Shown in pieces: positions 1-7,668 of a stretch of DNA of 30,429 bases. Below the pieces are notes generated by a model. That model saw only the letters and a program-made list of their open reading frames with translations. It did not search any database and had not been told where the DNA came from. Source of the DNA: Bacilli bacterium (GTDB lineage: Bacteria; Bacillota_I; Bacilli_A; RFN20; CAG-826); contig JAFZUD010000020.1 of the NCBI GenBank assembly GCA_017618495.1, forward strand, positions 1-30,429, in the 5' to 3' direction. Each line of letters begins with the position of its first letter. Position 1 is the stretch's first letter. The position numbers were made by a program, and so were the translations under genes.

Positions 1-295
1 ATTTCACTTTCGGCCATAAATCTTCTCTCATCGGAGTCAAAATGAGCTGTTTGCTCGCGTTTTCTAAAGTGAAGATCTCGTAGTATTTGTTGATAGCGGT
101 TCCTTCGCCATGGAAGACGAAAGAGGTGGCCGCGCCAGAGGTCTCCATGATCTTGGTTATGGCGCTGCCCTGTCCTTGGTTAACGACCGTGACGGCGACA
201 TAAAGAGGCACGTAGGCCTTCTTTGCTTCCTGGTTTGAAGGTGCTTCGCTAGCTTTAGGTGCGCGTTTCAAAACGAAGCGTTTTTTCTCGCTCAT
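1..295 (-). CDS. P-II-like protein associated with DUF1538 (N-terminal part only; runs off the window edge)
   Basis: Not in the ORF track; translated manually from ATG at 295, which overlaps the upstream TGA (ATGA): MSEKKRFVLKRAPKASEAPSNQEAKKAYVPLYVAVTVVNQGQGSAITKIMETSGAATSFVFHGEGTAINKYYEIFTLENASKQLILTPMREDLWPKVK. The pattern V-T-V-V-N-x-G...HGEGT resembles the P-II-like proteins that accompany DUF1538. Confidence 0.7.
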   Translation of the reverse strand, partial: MSEKKRFVLKRAPKASEAPSNQEAKKAYVPLYVAVTVVNQGQGSAITKIMETSGAATSFVFHGEGTAINKYYEIFTLENASKQLILTPMREDLWPKVK

Positions 296-1884
296 GCTTT
301 AGCCTCCTCAAAGGAAATGATGACGAGGTCGTCATCTTCGTGGAATCTCTTACGGACGATGTAGTTGTTGATGGAGCGTTTGATGTTGGCGTATAAGCCC
401 ATGCCCTGAACGACAATGAGAGGCATTAAAGCAATCATGGCAATCGCACCGAAGGCGTTCTCGAAAACCTCTTGGGCTCCGTTACTTTGATATGCGAAGC
501 CGATGACGAATGGGACGACGAAAGTGGACGCCATAGGACCACTGGCAACTCCGCCAGAGTCGAATGCCATAGCGGTATAAATCTTTGGAACCAAGAACGA
601 TAAGCCTAAAGCGATGATATAGCCAGGGATCATGTAGTAGAGAATGCTGAAGCCATAGTAGGCACGGATGAGCGCGAGAGCGACGCCTCCGCCAACGGAC
701 AAAGCCATGACAAGCCCGACAGTCATCGATTTGATTGTTCCTTCGGAAACGGTCTCAACCTGATGGATGAGAACGTGGACCGCAGGCTCAGCAAGAACGC
801 CGAATAAGCCGAAGGCCGCACCAATGATGATGGCGATTCCTAATGTGCCTTCTGATGTGCCTAGGCCTTTTCCGACTTCTTGCGCAACAGGAAGGAAGCC
901 AATATTGACCGCGGCAAGGAAAATAACCAAACCGAAGTAGGCATAAAGCATATTGATGAGGATTTTGACGATTCTCACACGACGAGACTTGATGAAGATG
1001 AGGTCGTAGATTAGATAGAAAACGGTCGTTGGAGCAATCGCAATTCCAACCATTCCTAGTTCGCTAAGGAAATGTTGGCCAGAGGAAGAAAGGAAGGCCG
1101 GCCAGAAACCTTCAAAGGTCTCATAGGCGGTAATTGGGTTATCCGTCCAAACATAGACCATTGAATCGACGTCGAGGAAAAGCGAAAGAACCATGACGGT
1201 GATGATCGGGCCAACGGACGCCAAAGCAGTTAAACCGAAGGAATCTTCACCGCTTCTGCCGCCGCTTGCGGTCGATGCCGCTAAACCTGCGCCAAAGGCG
1301 AGGATGAATGGAACAGTGACTGGGCCCGTAGTAACGCCGCCCGAATCAAAGCAGATTGGAAGGAACTTCGGGTTAACGATTCCCGCTAGCATGAACACCA
1401 AGCCATAGAAGCAGATGAACATGATATTGAGGTTCTTGTTGAAGATGATTCTAAGAACACCGAAGACGACAAAGAGGCCAACGCCAACGCCGATGATGGC
1501 GATGAGCAAAACCTCATCCACACCAATCTGAGCAGCCGTGACTTTGAGGTCTGGTTCAGCGATGGTAACAAGGACGCCGATAATGAATGTCGTAGCGACG
1601 ACAAAGAAGATTTTTCTCTTTTTGAAGAGGGATTCGCCGATGATTTTTCCAATCGCGGACATTGAAGCCTCAGATCCAACGTTGAACAAAGAGAGGCCAA
1701 GGACGATCAAAACCGAGCAGATTAAGAAAGATACGTAAGCAGGTAAGCTGAAGTCGCCAACGATACCCGTGAAGAAGACGATTGAGATGACGGCAACGAT
1801 TGGGAGGACGCTCGCAAAAGAACCGCGCAGCTTCAAAAGGAAGGCCGAGCGGAAGAATGTCTTACTTACGGCGTTTGCTTCCAT
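292..1884 (-). CDS. DUF1538-family multi-pass membrane protein, two DUF1538 repeats in one chain
   Basis: 530 aa, highly hydrophobic. Repeated signatures: IAEPDL / FDSGGVTTGPVTVPFILAFG in the first half, LAEPAV / FDSGGVASGPMASTF in the second. GGGAG RBS 6 nt before the ATG. Confidence 0.85.
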   Translation of the reverse strand: MEANAVSKTFFRSAFLLKLRGSFASVLPIVAVISIVFFTGIVGDFSLPAYVSFLICSVLIVLGLSLFNVGSEASMSAIGKIIGESLFKKRKIFFVVATTFIIGVLVTIAEPDLKVTAAQIGVDEVLLIAIIGVGVGLFVVFGVLRIIFNKNLNIMFICFYGLVFMLAGIVNPKFLPICFDSGGVTTGPVTVPFILAFGAGLAASTASGGRSGEDSFGLTALASVGPIITVMVLSLFLDVDSMVYVWTDNPITAYETFEGFWPAFLSSSGQHFLSELGMVGIAIAPTTVFYLIYDLIFIKSRRVRIVKILINMLYAYFGLVIFLAAVNIGFLPVAQEVGKGLGTSEGTLGIAIIIGAAFGLFGVLAEPAVHVLIHQVETVSEGTIKSMTVGLVMALSVGGGVALALIRAYYGFSILYYMIPGYIIALGLSFLVPKIYTAMAFDSGGVASGPMASTFVVPFVIGFAYQSNGAQEVFENAFGAIAMIALMPLIVVQGMGLYANIKRSINNYIVRKRFHEDDDLVIISFEEAKA

Positions 1885-2860
1885 TCTTTACTCCCTTTGC
1901 CTTTGCTTCCGCTTTAGCGCGCTTCTCAGCGTGAGAGACCCAGAAGAGCTTCTTGAAGCAGGCTGGCATCTCAGCGCGGATTTTGTATTCTTTCCCGCTT
2001 AACGGGTTTGTGAAGTCGAGTTCGTAGGCGTGAAGGCCAAGTCTCTTGAGTGGGTTCGATGGCTCACCATAACGATCATCACCGATGATGTAGTGGCCGA
2101 TGTTTCCAAGCATGACACGGATTTGGTTCTTACGTCCGGTGTCGATGTTGACGTCAAGAAGTGCGTATCCGCCTTTGGCGGCCATCTTTTTGTAGTGGGT
2201 GATCGCGAGTTTGCTATTCTTCTTGCTCTTGGTGACTCTCACCTGGAAAGTCGTCTCATCGAGCCAGAGGTAATTCTTAAGGGTTTGTTCTTCAGGGATG
2301 TCTTCACCTTCGACAATCGCGTAGTAGCCACGCTTAGTGACGATTTCCTGCCAGTGATTCTGGAGGGCTTCTTTGACTTCGAAGCTCTTAGCGAAGATCA
2401 AAACGCCTGAGGTATCTTCGTCGATGCGGTGAACGACAAAGACGCGGGCTTTCTTGTTTGTTTGGGTGAGCCAATCGGTGACTAAACGATAGGCGGTTTT
2501 GCCTTTTTCTCTGTCGCTTGCGACAGAAAGAAGTCCTGATGGCTTATCGATAGCGATGATGTCCTCATCTTCGTAGATGATTGGGAGGTCTTTTCTTTCT
2601 CTTTTCTTGATTGGAGTCCAGCTGACTGTGACTTCATCTTCTGGGTAAAGCTTATAGAACCACTCATTGACTGGGGCGCCTCCGACGGCGACTTGGTGGT
2701 TCGAAATCATATGGCGAATATTGTGCTGAGACTGTTTCGCCATCTTCTCACGGAGGAACGTCAAAAGATCGGTTTCATGGTAAACCAAATAGGTCTTAGT
2801 TTTGTTTGGGTCTATGAAACCTTTTCGAGGTTGATTTCTTTTAACGTCGTTTTTGTTCAT
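1862..2860 (-). CDS. RluA/RluD-family pseudouridine synthase with N-terminal S4-like domain
   Basis: Motifs IDKPSGLLS, catalytic HRIDEDTSG, TGRKNQIRV, IIGDDRYG and LGLHAYEL. Overlaps the DUF1538 start by 23 nt. Confidence 0.93.
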   Translation of the reverse strand: MNKNDVKRNQPRKGFIDPNKTKTYLVYHETDLLTFLREKMAKQSQHNIRHMISNHQVAVGGAPVNEWFYKLYPEDEVTVSWTPIKKRERKDLPIIYEDEDIIAIDKPSGLLSVASDREKGKTAYRLVTDWLTQTNKKARVFVVHRIDEDTSGVLIFAKSFEVKEALQNHWQEIVTKRGYYAIVEGEDIPEEQTLKNYLWLDETTFQVRVTKSKKNSKLAITHYKKMAAKGGYALLDVNIDTGRKNQIRVMLGNIGHYIIGDDRYGEPSNPLKRLGLHAYELDFTNPLSGKEYKIRAEMPACFKKLFWVSHAEKRAKAEAKAKGVKNGSKRRK

Positions 2861-2866
2861 AAAAGT

Positions 2867-2875
2867 ATCTTATCA
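2867..2875 (-). promoter_or_regulatory. Extended -10 promoter (TGaTAAGAT) 6 nt upstream of the rluA-family ATG; probably a leaderless transcript
   Basis: Minus strand reads TGATAAGAT-actttt-ATG, with no SD sequence. Confidence 0.55.
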
Positions 2876-2939
2876 AAATGTGATTTTGATATATACCTAT
2901 TCGGCGATTTTTGATGAAAAAAGTCAAAGCAGCTTAAGG

Positions 2940-3803
2940 CTACTTTGAGGCGTCGTGCTTGAGTAAATCTTCGTAAAGATCGGTGCGGCGATCGCGGTAA
3001 ACTCCCCATCCGAAGCGCTCTTTGGCGATTTCAGAAAGGTCGAATTCCGCGTAGCGGATTCCTTCTTCTTCGCGGTTCATCTCTTCGACAAAGTCGCCAT
3101 GCTGATCGGCTATGAAAGAGGATCCATAGAACTTCATGGAGGATTTTCCCATGGACTCAACGCCGACTCTGTTGGCCGCCATGACTGGCATGATGTTTGC
3201 GGCAGCGTGTCCCTTCATGACGTTCTGCCAGTGACTCTTGGAATCTTTTGGAAGAACTGGTTCGGAACCGATCGCGGTTGGGAAAAGAAGGATCTCGGCG
3301 CCTTTGAGGGCGAGGATTCTCGCGGTCTCTGGGAACCACTGGTCCCAGCAGATGCCGACGCCGACATTTCCGGCTTTGGTCTTGAAGACTTTGAATCCGG
3401 TGTCGCCTGGGGTGAAGTAGAACTTCTCCTCATAGCATTCTCCGGTTGGGATATGGCTCTTGCGGTAGATGTCGACTATGGAGCCATCCTTGTCAATCAT
3501 GGCAAGGGAATTGAAATAGCAGTTTCCAGACTTCTCGAAGAAGGAGATTGGGAGGACGATTTTGTATTCTTTGGCCATCTCTTGGAAGTGCTTCAAGGTC
3601 TTGGAATCCTTAGCCTCTTCCGCTTTGGCAAAGAAGTCATAATTTTCGATTTGGCAGAAGTAATAGCCCTCGAATAATTCAGGGAGCAAAAGCAAATCCA
3701 CGCCGTTTTTGCTGGCGGTTTTTATAAATTCATCGGCTTTTTCGATGCATTTCTCATAGTTGTCTGGCATTGAGAATTGGGTAATGGCTACTTTGATTTT
3801 CAT
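2940..3803 (-). CDS. aguB: N-carbamoylputrescine amidase (nitrilase superfamily)
   Basis: Catalytic triad motifs LLPELF (E), YRKSHIP (K) and GICWDQWFPE (C), plus PTAIGSEP typical of AguB. Start moved to ATG 3803 (MKIKVAI): GGAGGAG RBS and TAATG coupling with the upstream stop. Confidence 0.9.
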   Translation of the reverse strand: MKIKVAITQFSMPDNYEKCIEKADEFIKTASKNGVDLLLLPELFEGYYFCQIENYDFFAKAEEAKDSKTLKHFQEMAKEYKIVLPISFFEKSGNCYFNSLAMIDKDGSIVDIYRKSHIPTGECYEEKFYFTPGDTGFKVFKTKAGNVGVGICWDQWFPETARILALKGAEILLFPTAIGSEPVLPKDSKSHWQNVMKGHAAANIMPVMAANRVGVESMGKSSMKFYGSSFIADQHGDFVEEMNREEEGIRYAEFDLSEIAKERFGWGVYRDRRTDLYEDLLKHDASK

Positions 3804-6421
3804 TAGTTCTCCTCCTTGGATGGAACTTGCATGGTGATGCAATGGATGTTTCCTCCGCCATAAAGGATCTCGAGGGTGTTGATCTGATGGATCTCTTTAT
3901 CCGGATAGACCTTCTGCATGGTCTTGAGAGCGGCTTCGTCTTCTTTGACTCCGAAGGCTGGAAGGATGATGAAGTCCTTGCCTTGGTAGTAGTTGACATA
4001 GGAAGCGGCTAAGCGACGTCCCGCCTCTCTCTTATCGAGGGTGTTGTTATTGTTAACGAGGGACTTGGCTTCTTCTTTGCCTAGATATAGCGGTGAAGGA
4101 AGCTTCATCTTATGGATGATGAATTCTCTTCCCTTCGCGTCGGTCTGTTTCTTGAGAGCGCGATAGGCTTTCTGGCAATAGTCGTATTGTGGGTCATTCT
4201 TGTCGGTGGTCCATGCGAGCATGACTTCGCCTGGTCTTACGAAAGAGACCATGTTGTCGATATGCTCGTTGGTTTCGTCTTCATAGATTCCATGAGGAAT
4301 CCAAACGATCTTCTCGACGCCGATATATTCACGAAGGACTTCTTCGATTTCAGTCTTGGTAAGACATGGGTTGCGTCCTGGGGAGAGGAGGCATGCTTCT
4401 GTGGTGATAAGCGTTCCTTCTCCATCGACAGCGATAGAACCGCCTTCGAGGACGAATTTCGGATGGACATAGGACATAAGTCCCATCTTCTTTGAGATAA
4501 CAGACCTAAGTCTGTCGTCGTCTTTGTAGTTCTTATAGAGGCCGTCATAGTCTCCGCCCCAAGCGTTGAAGCGGAAATCAACGGTTCTGAGATTCTTGCC
4601 GTTGGTGATGAACAAAGGCATGTTGTCACGAGCCCAGGCGTCGTTATAGCGGACTGAGATCGTCTCAACGTTAGGAATCCTCTCGTAGATTGGAGCAAGG
4701 GCTTTGTGGAAATTTGGATGGATGCCCACCACAACTTTCTCGTGTTTCGCGATAGCGGTGATGACATCTTTGTAGGCAACCTGAGCAGGTCTGGCTTTCT
4801 TTCTCCAGGTATCGAGACGATATGGGAGAAGGACAAGGGTCTCTTTGTGTTTCTCACCTTCAAATGGGACGTGATATCCGTCATTGAGAGGCGTGGTCTT
4901 CTTGTTGCGGTGATAATCGCTAAGCCTCTTCTCATAGACGGAGAAGCGACGCCAATTATCGGTGTCGATGACTTGGAAGCCATCTTTAAAAGATGAGATG
5001 AGGCGAACGCCTTCTTTCTTGTGTTCTTGGAAGAACTTAACTCTCTTGATGAGGTCTTTGGTCCAGACCTCGCCAGGAACGATAAGCGGGATTCCAGGAG
5101 GATACATCATGACTTGTTCTTTGGATACGGTTCCGTCTAATTCGTCGAGAGGCATAACCTTTCCCGGAGCGTGGAAGGCGACACGAGGCCTTGTGAGCAT
5201 GAATGGGAAAGAACTGTCGAAGTGATGGTCTTCGTAGACGATGTTTTTGTGATAGTGCTTCGCAGAGATATCCTTGAGGGCTTCAACCAAAGCGTCGACG
5301 TGCTTCTTCTTCGTTCCGATGGCGAAGACGCACATGATCTCATAAGTCTCAGCGAGCTCAACCTGAACTTTGTATTCGTCGATGAGGAGGCGGTATAAAT
5401 CAAATCCATCGATATCGAGTTTATCGATCGCTATAACGAATTTGCTGGAGTCATAGTCGTAGGCTCCGTTTGATTTGAAATAGTCCTTGTCTTTGACTTC
5501 GAAGCCTTTGATTTGGTTGATCTTCTTTCTCGCATATTCAACGAGCTTATAGGTGTCCGCCATAGCGGTCTGGCCTTTTTTCGAAGCCATGAAAGCGCGA
5601 GCCCCGTCTAAAGACGCCATAAGCAAAGTCGATGGAGAAGTCGTATTCAAAATGTTGAGAGAGATCTGAACCTCTTCTTTTCTGAACATGTATTCGTTCA
5701 AGAGAAGAACGGAGGACTGGGTCAATGAACCAGCGGTCTTATGGAAGGAGACGGCAGACATATCTGCCCCTGCATCCATAGCAGTCATTGGTTGTCCTTC
5801 GATTTGGAAATAGAAATGGGCGCCATGAGCTTCATCAACAAGGACGGCCATATGGTGTTCGTGAGCGTACTCGACGAGTTCTTTGAGGTCACCGACCGCA
5901 CCAAAGTAGGTTGGATTGATGACAAATATGGCTTTAGCGGATGTGTTTCTGTTGATGGCTTTCTTCCACTCTTCGAGTGTTGGCTGGTTGGCAATCTCAA
6001 GGTCGTTATCGATCTGAGGCATGACATAAACAGGAACGGCACCGGAAATCGTCAAAGCGTTGATGACTGATTTGTGGATGTTACGAGGAAGGATGATCTT
6101 CTCCCCTGCTTTGACCGCGGTCATGATCATGGCGATGATGCCGCTGGAAGTTCCGTTGATCAAAAAGAAGGACTCGTCAGCGTGGCAGGCTTCCGCCATA
6201 AGCTGTTCCGCTTCCATGATGACGCCGGTAGGTTTGGCGAGGTTATCTAAGCCAACCGGGGCATTGACGTCACAAACGAAAACTTCGTGACCTAAAACCC
6301 TTGTCGCGGCGTTCTCGACATTGCCCATATGATGTCCTGGGACATCAAAAGGAGAGACATCTTTCTTGATGTAATTCTCTAGAGCCGTGATAAACGGGGT
6401 ATGTTTCTGACCCAATTTCAT
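3803..6421 (-). CDS. speA-aguA: Fusion of a fold-type I PLP arginine decarboxylase (Orn/Lys/Arg family) and agmatine deiminase, 872 aa
   Basis: N-half (~4965-6421): FDVPGH, LINGTSSG, VDEAHG, PLP-lysine SFHKTAGSLTQ, YPPGIP. C-half (~3806-4898): DAWARD, VLEGGSIAVDGEGTLITTE, EHIDN, GGGNIHCITMQ. Start moved to ATG 6421 (MKLGQKHTPF) because the longer ORF overlaps the GT2 gene and a terminator. Confidence 0.88.
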   Translation of the reverse strand: MKLGQKHTPFITALENYIKKDVSPFDVPGHHMGNVENAATRVLGHEVFVCDVNAPVGLDNLAKPTGVIMEAEQLMAEACHADESFFLINGTSSGIIAMIMTAVKAGEKIILPRNIHKSVINALTISGAVPVYVMPQIDNDLEIANQPTLEEWKKAINRNTSAKAIFVINPTYFGAVGDLKELVEYAHEHHMAVLVDEAHGAHFYFQIEGQPMTAMDAGADMSAVSFHKTAGSLTQSSVLLLNEYMFRKEEVQISLNILNTTSPSTLLMASLDGARAFMASKKGQTAMADTYKLVEYARKKINQIKGFEVKDKDYFKSNGAYDYDSSKFVIAIDKLDIDGFDLYRLLIDEYKVQVELAETYEIMCVFAIGTKKKHVDALVEALKDISAKHYHKNIVYEDHHFDSSFPFMLTRPRVAFHAPGKVMPLDELDGTVSKEQVMMYPPGIPLIVPGEVWTKDLIKRVKFFQEHKKEGVRLISSFKDGFQVIDTDNWRRFSVYEKRLSDYHRNKKTTPLNDGYHVPFEGEKHKETLVLLPYRLDTWRKKARPAQVAYKDVITAIAKHEKVVVGIHPNFHKALAPIYERIPNVETISVRYNDAWARDNMPLFITNGKNLRTVDFRFNAWGGDYDGLYKNYKDDDRLRSVISKKMGLMSYVHPKFVLEGGSIAVDGEGTLITTEACLLSPGRNPCLTKTEIEEVLREYIGVEKIVWIPHGIYEDETNEHIDNMVSFVRPGEVMLAWTTDKNDPQYDYCQKAYRALKKQTDAKGREFIIHKMKLPSPLYLGKEEAKSLVNNNNTLDKREAGRRLAASYVNYYQGKDFIILPAFGVKEDEAALKTMQKVYPDKEIHQINTLEILYGGGNIHCITMQVPSKEEN

Positions 6422-6430
6422 TGCGCATAT

Positions 6431-6458
6431 ATAATACGCATTCGCTACCCCATGTGAA
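6431..6458 (-). promoter_or_regulatory. Putative sigma-A promoter TTCACA-N16-TATTAT, 9 nt before the fusion-gene ATG
   Basis: Read on the minus strand; no SD sequence between the -10 box and the ATG. Confidence 0.4.
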
Positions 6459-6490
6459 ATTATTTTTTGACCCCTAATGGGATAAAAAAT

Positions 6491-6515
6491 AAACCGCACG
6501 GATTTCGTGCGGTTT
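6491..6515 (-). terminator. Intrinsic terminator downstream of the GT2 gene
   Basis: Perfect 10-bp stem AAACCGCACG/CGTGCGGTTT with a 5-nt loop and T/A tracts on both sides. Confidence 0.85.
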
Positions 6516-6542
6516 TTGTCAGCGATTTTTAGATTTTCAAGC

Positions 6543-7574
6543 TTAGTTGAACTTGACGATCTTGTGGCCAAGATGGAAGCCGGTTCTGGCAAGAAGGGTT
6601 CCAATGCCAAGAGGAAGGTTGATGAACCAGATGAGTGGGTGGCGTTTGACCTTCTTGTATTGGCGTTTGTTGTTGGTCTTGCAGTGTCTCCAGAAATCCT
6701 TAAGGGCTTCTCTAGATTCTTTGGTGCCGACATATTTGGCCCAGAGAACTGAAAGGAGCATGTTCATGATGAGATGGTGGAAGACGGCTTTGTAGGTGGC
6801 CTTGTCTTTGATTGAGAAGATGTCGATGGCATCGAAGATGAGCTTTCCGTTGATAAGGAAGTCTTTGTACTTCTTAACGAGGTTGGAAGTCTGCATGGAC
6901 TGGCCATCTCTGCCAGTGAGGTACTGATAGACGCTCACAGGGACATAACGGATCTCTTTGACAAACGCCATTGGGGCGTAGATGAAGTAGTTGTCTTCAT
7001 AAGAGACGTGTCCTGGGCAATGGACTCCGCTTTCTCTAAGGGTAGAGGTCCTATACATGGTGGTATGTAAGGTAAGGTTACGGTCGTAGCGGAAAGGCTT
7101 GATGCAGGACCATGGTCCGCCTTTGGCGGCATCATAGTCTTTGCCTTTGAAAAGGTAGTTGAAGTTGATGGTGGCGTCTTTGTTGTCTCTGCCATGCCAG
7201 TAGGTGTAGTCGGTGAAGTAGAGGTCGGCTTTGCAGTTTTGCTCTTTGACGTCTTTGAGAAGAGCGGCAAATCCATCGTGATCCACCCAGTCGTCGCTAT
7301 CGAGGACGCGGAAGTAGACACCGGTGGCGAGCTCTAAGCCATGGTTGATGCCTTCGCCATGTCCGCCATTTGGCTGGTGGACGGCTTTGATGAATGGGTG
7401 TTCGGCTGCATACTTGTCAGCAATCTCACCCGTTTTGTCTTTAGAACCATCATCGATGATGATGACTTCGACGTCTTCCCCAAACGGGATGAGGGAATCG
7501 ACGGCGTAGTGCAAGAATTCCTCGCTGTTATAAGCAGGGATGCACACTGTGATTAATTTCTGTTTTGTATCCAT
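6543..7574 (-). CDS. Glycosyltransferase family 2
   Basis: ITVCIPAYN, IIDDGSKD, NGGHGEGINHG, DxD motif VLDSDDW, and YED. ATG 7574 (MDTKQK) preferred over TTG 7604. Confidence 0.9.
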   Translation of the reverse strand: MDTKQKLITVCIPAYNSEEFLHYAVDSLIPFGEDVEVIIIDDGSKDKTGEIADKYAAEHPFIKAVHQPNGGHGEGINHGLELATGVYFRVLDSDDWVDHDGFAALLKDVKEQNCKADLYFTDYTYWHGRDNKDATINFNYLFKGKDYDAAKGGPWSCIKPFRYDRNLTLHTTMYRTSTLRESGVHCPGHVSYEDNYFIYAPMAFVKEIRYVPVSVYQYLTGRDGQSMQTSNLVKKYKDFLINGKLIFDAIDIFSIKDKATYKAVFHHLIMNMLLSVLWAKYVGTKESREALKDFWRHCKTNNKRQYKKVKRHPLIWFINLPLGIGTLLARTGFHLGHKIVKFN

Positions 7575-7579
7575 AGGTA

Positions 7580-7618
7580 AATTACTAGCTTCGCTTGTGG
7601 GCAAGCCTAGTAATTATA
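7580..7618 (-). promoter_or_regulatory. TATAAT -10 box (7613-7618) overlapping a compound inverted repeat upstream of GT2
   Basis: AATTACTAG (7580-7588) / CTAGTAATT (7607-7615) perfect 9-bp arms enclose GCTTG-tggg-CAAGC. Confidence 0.5.
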
Positions 7619-7668
7619 CACATTTAAAACTACCTTAAAAGGTAAAGAAGTGTTTTTGTAGGAATTGT

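Noticed and set aside
4237-4983. 248-aa alternative-frame ORF inside the AguA domain, and other Ser/Arg/Thr-rich same-strand ORFs
   Set aside because: Frame-shifted shadows of well-supported genes, with the low-complexity composition expected from codon bias; no RBS or motifs.
6422-6733. 104-aa N-terminal extension of the 976-aa ORF
   Set aside because: Overlaps the GT2 3' end and a strong terminator. Decarboxylase similarity starts at MKLGQKHTPF, and a promoter-like signal sits just upstream of ATG 6421.
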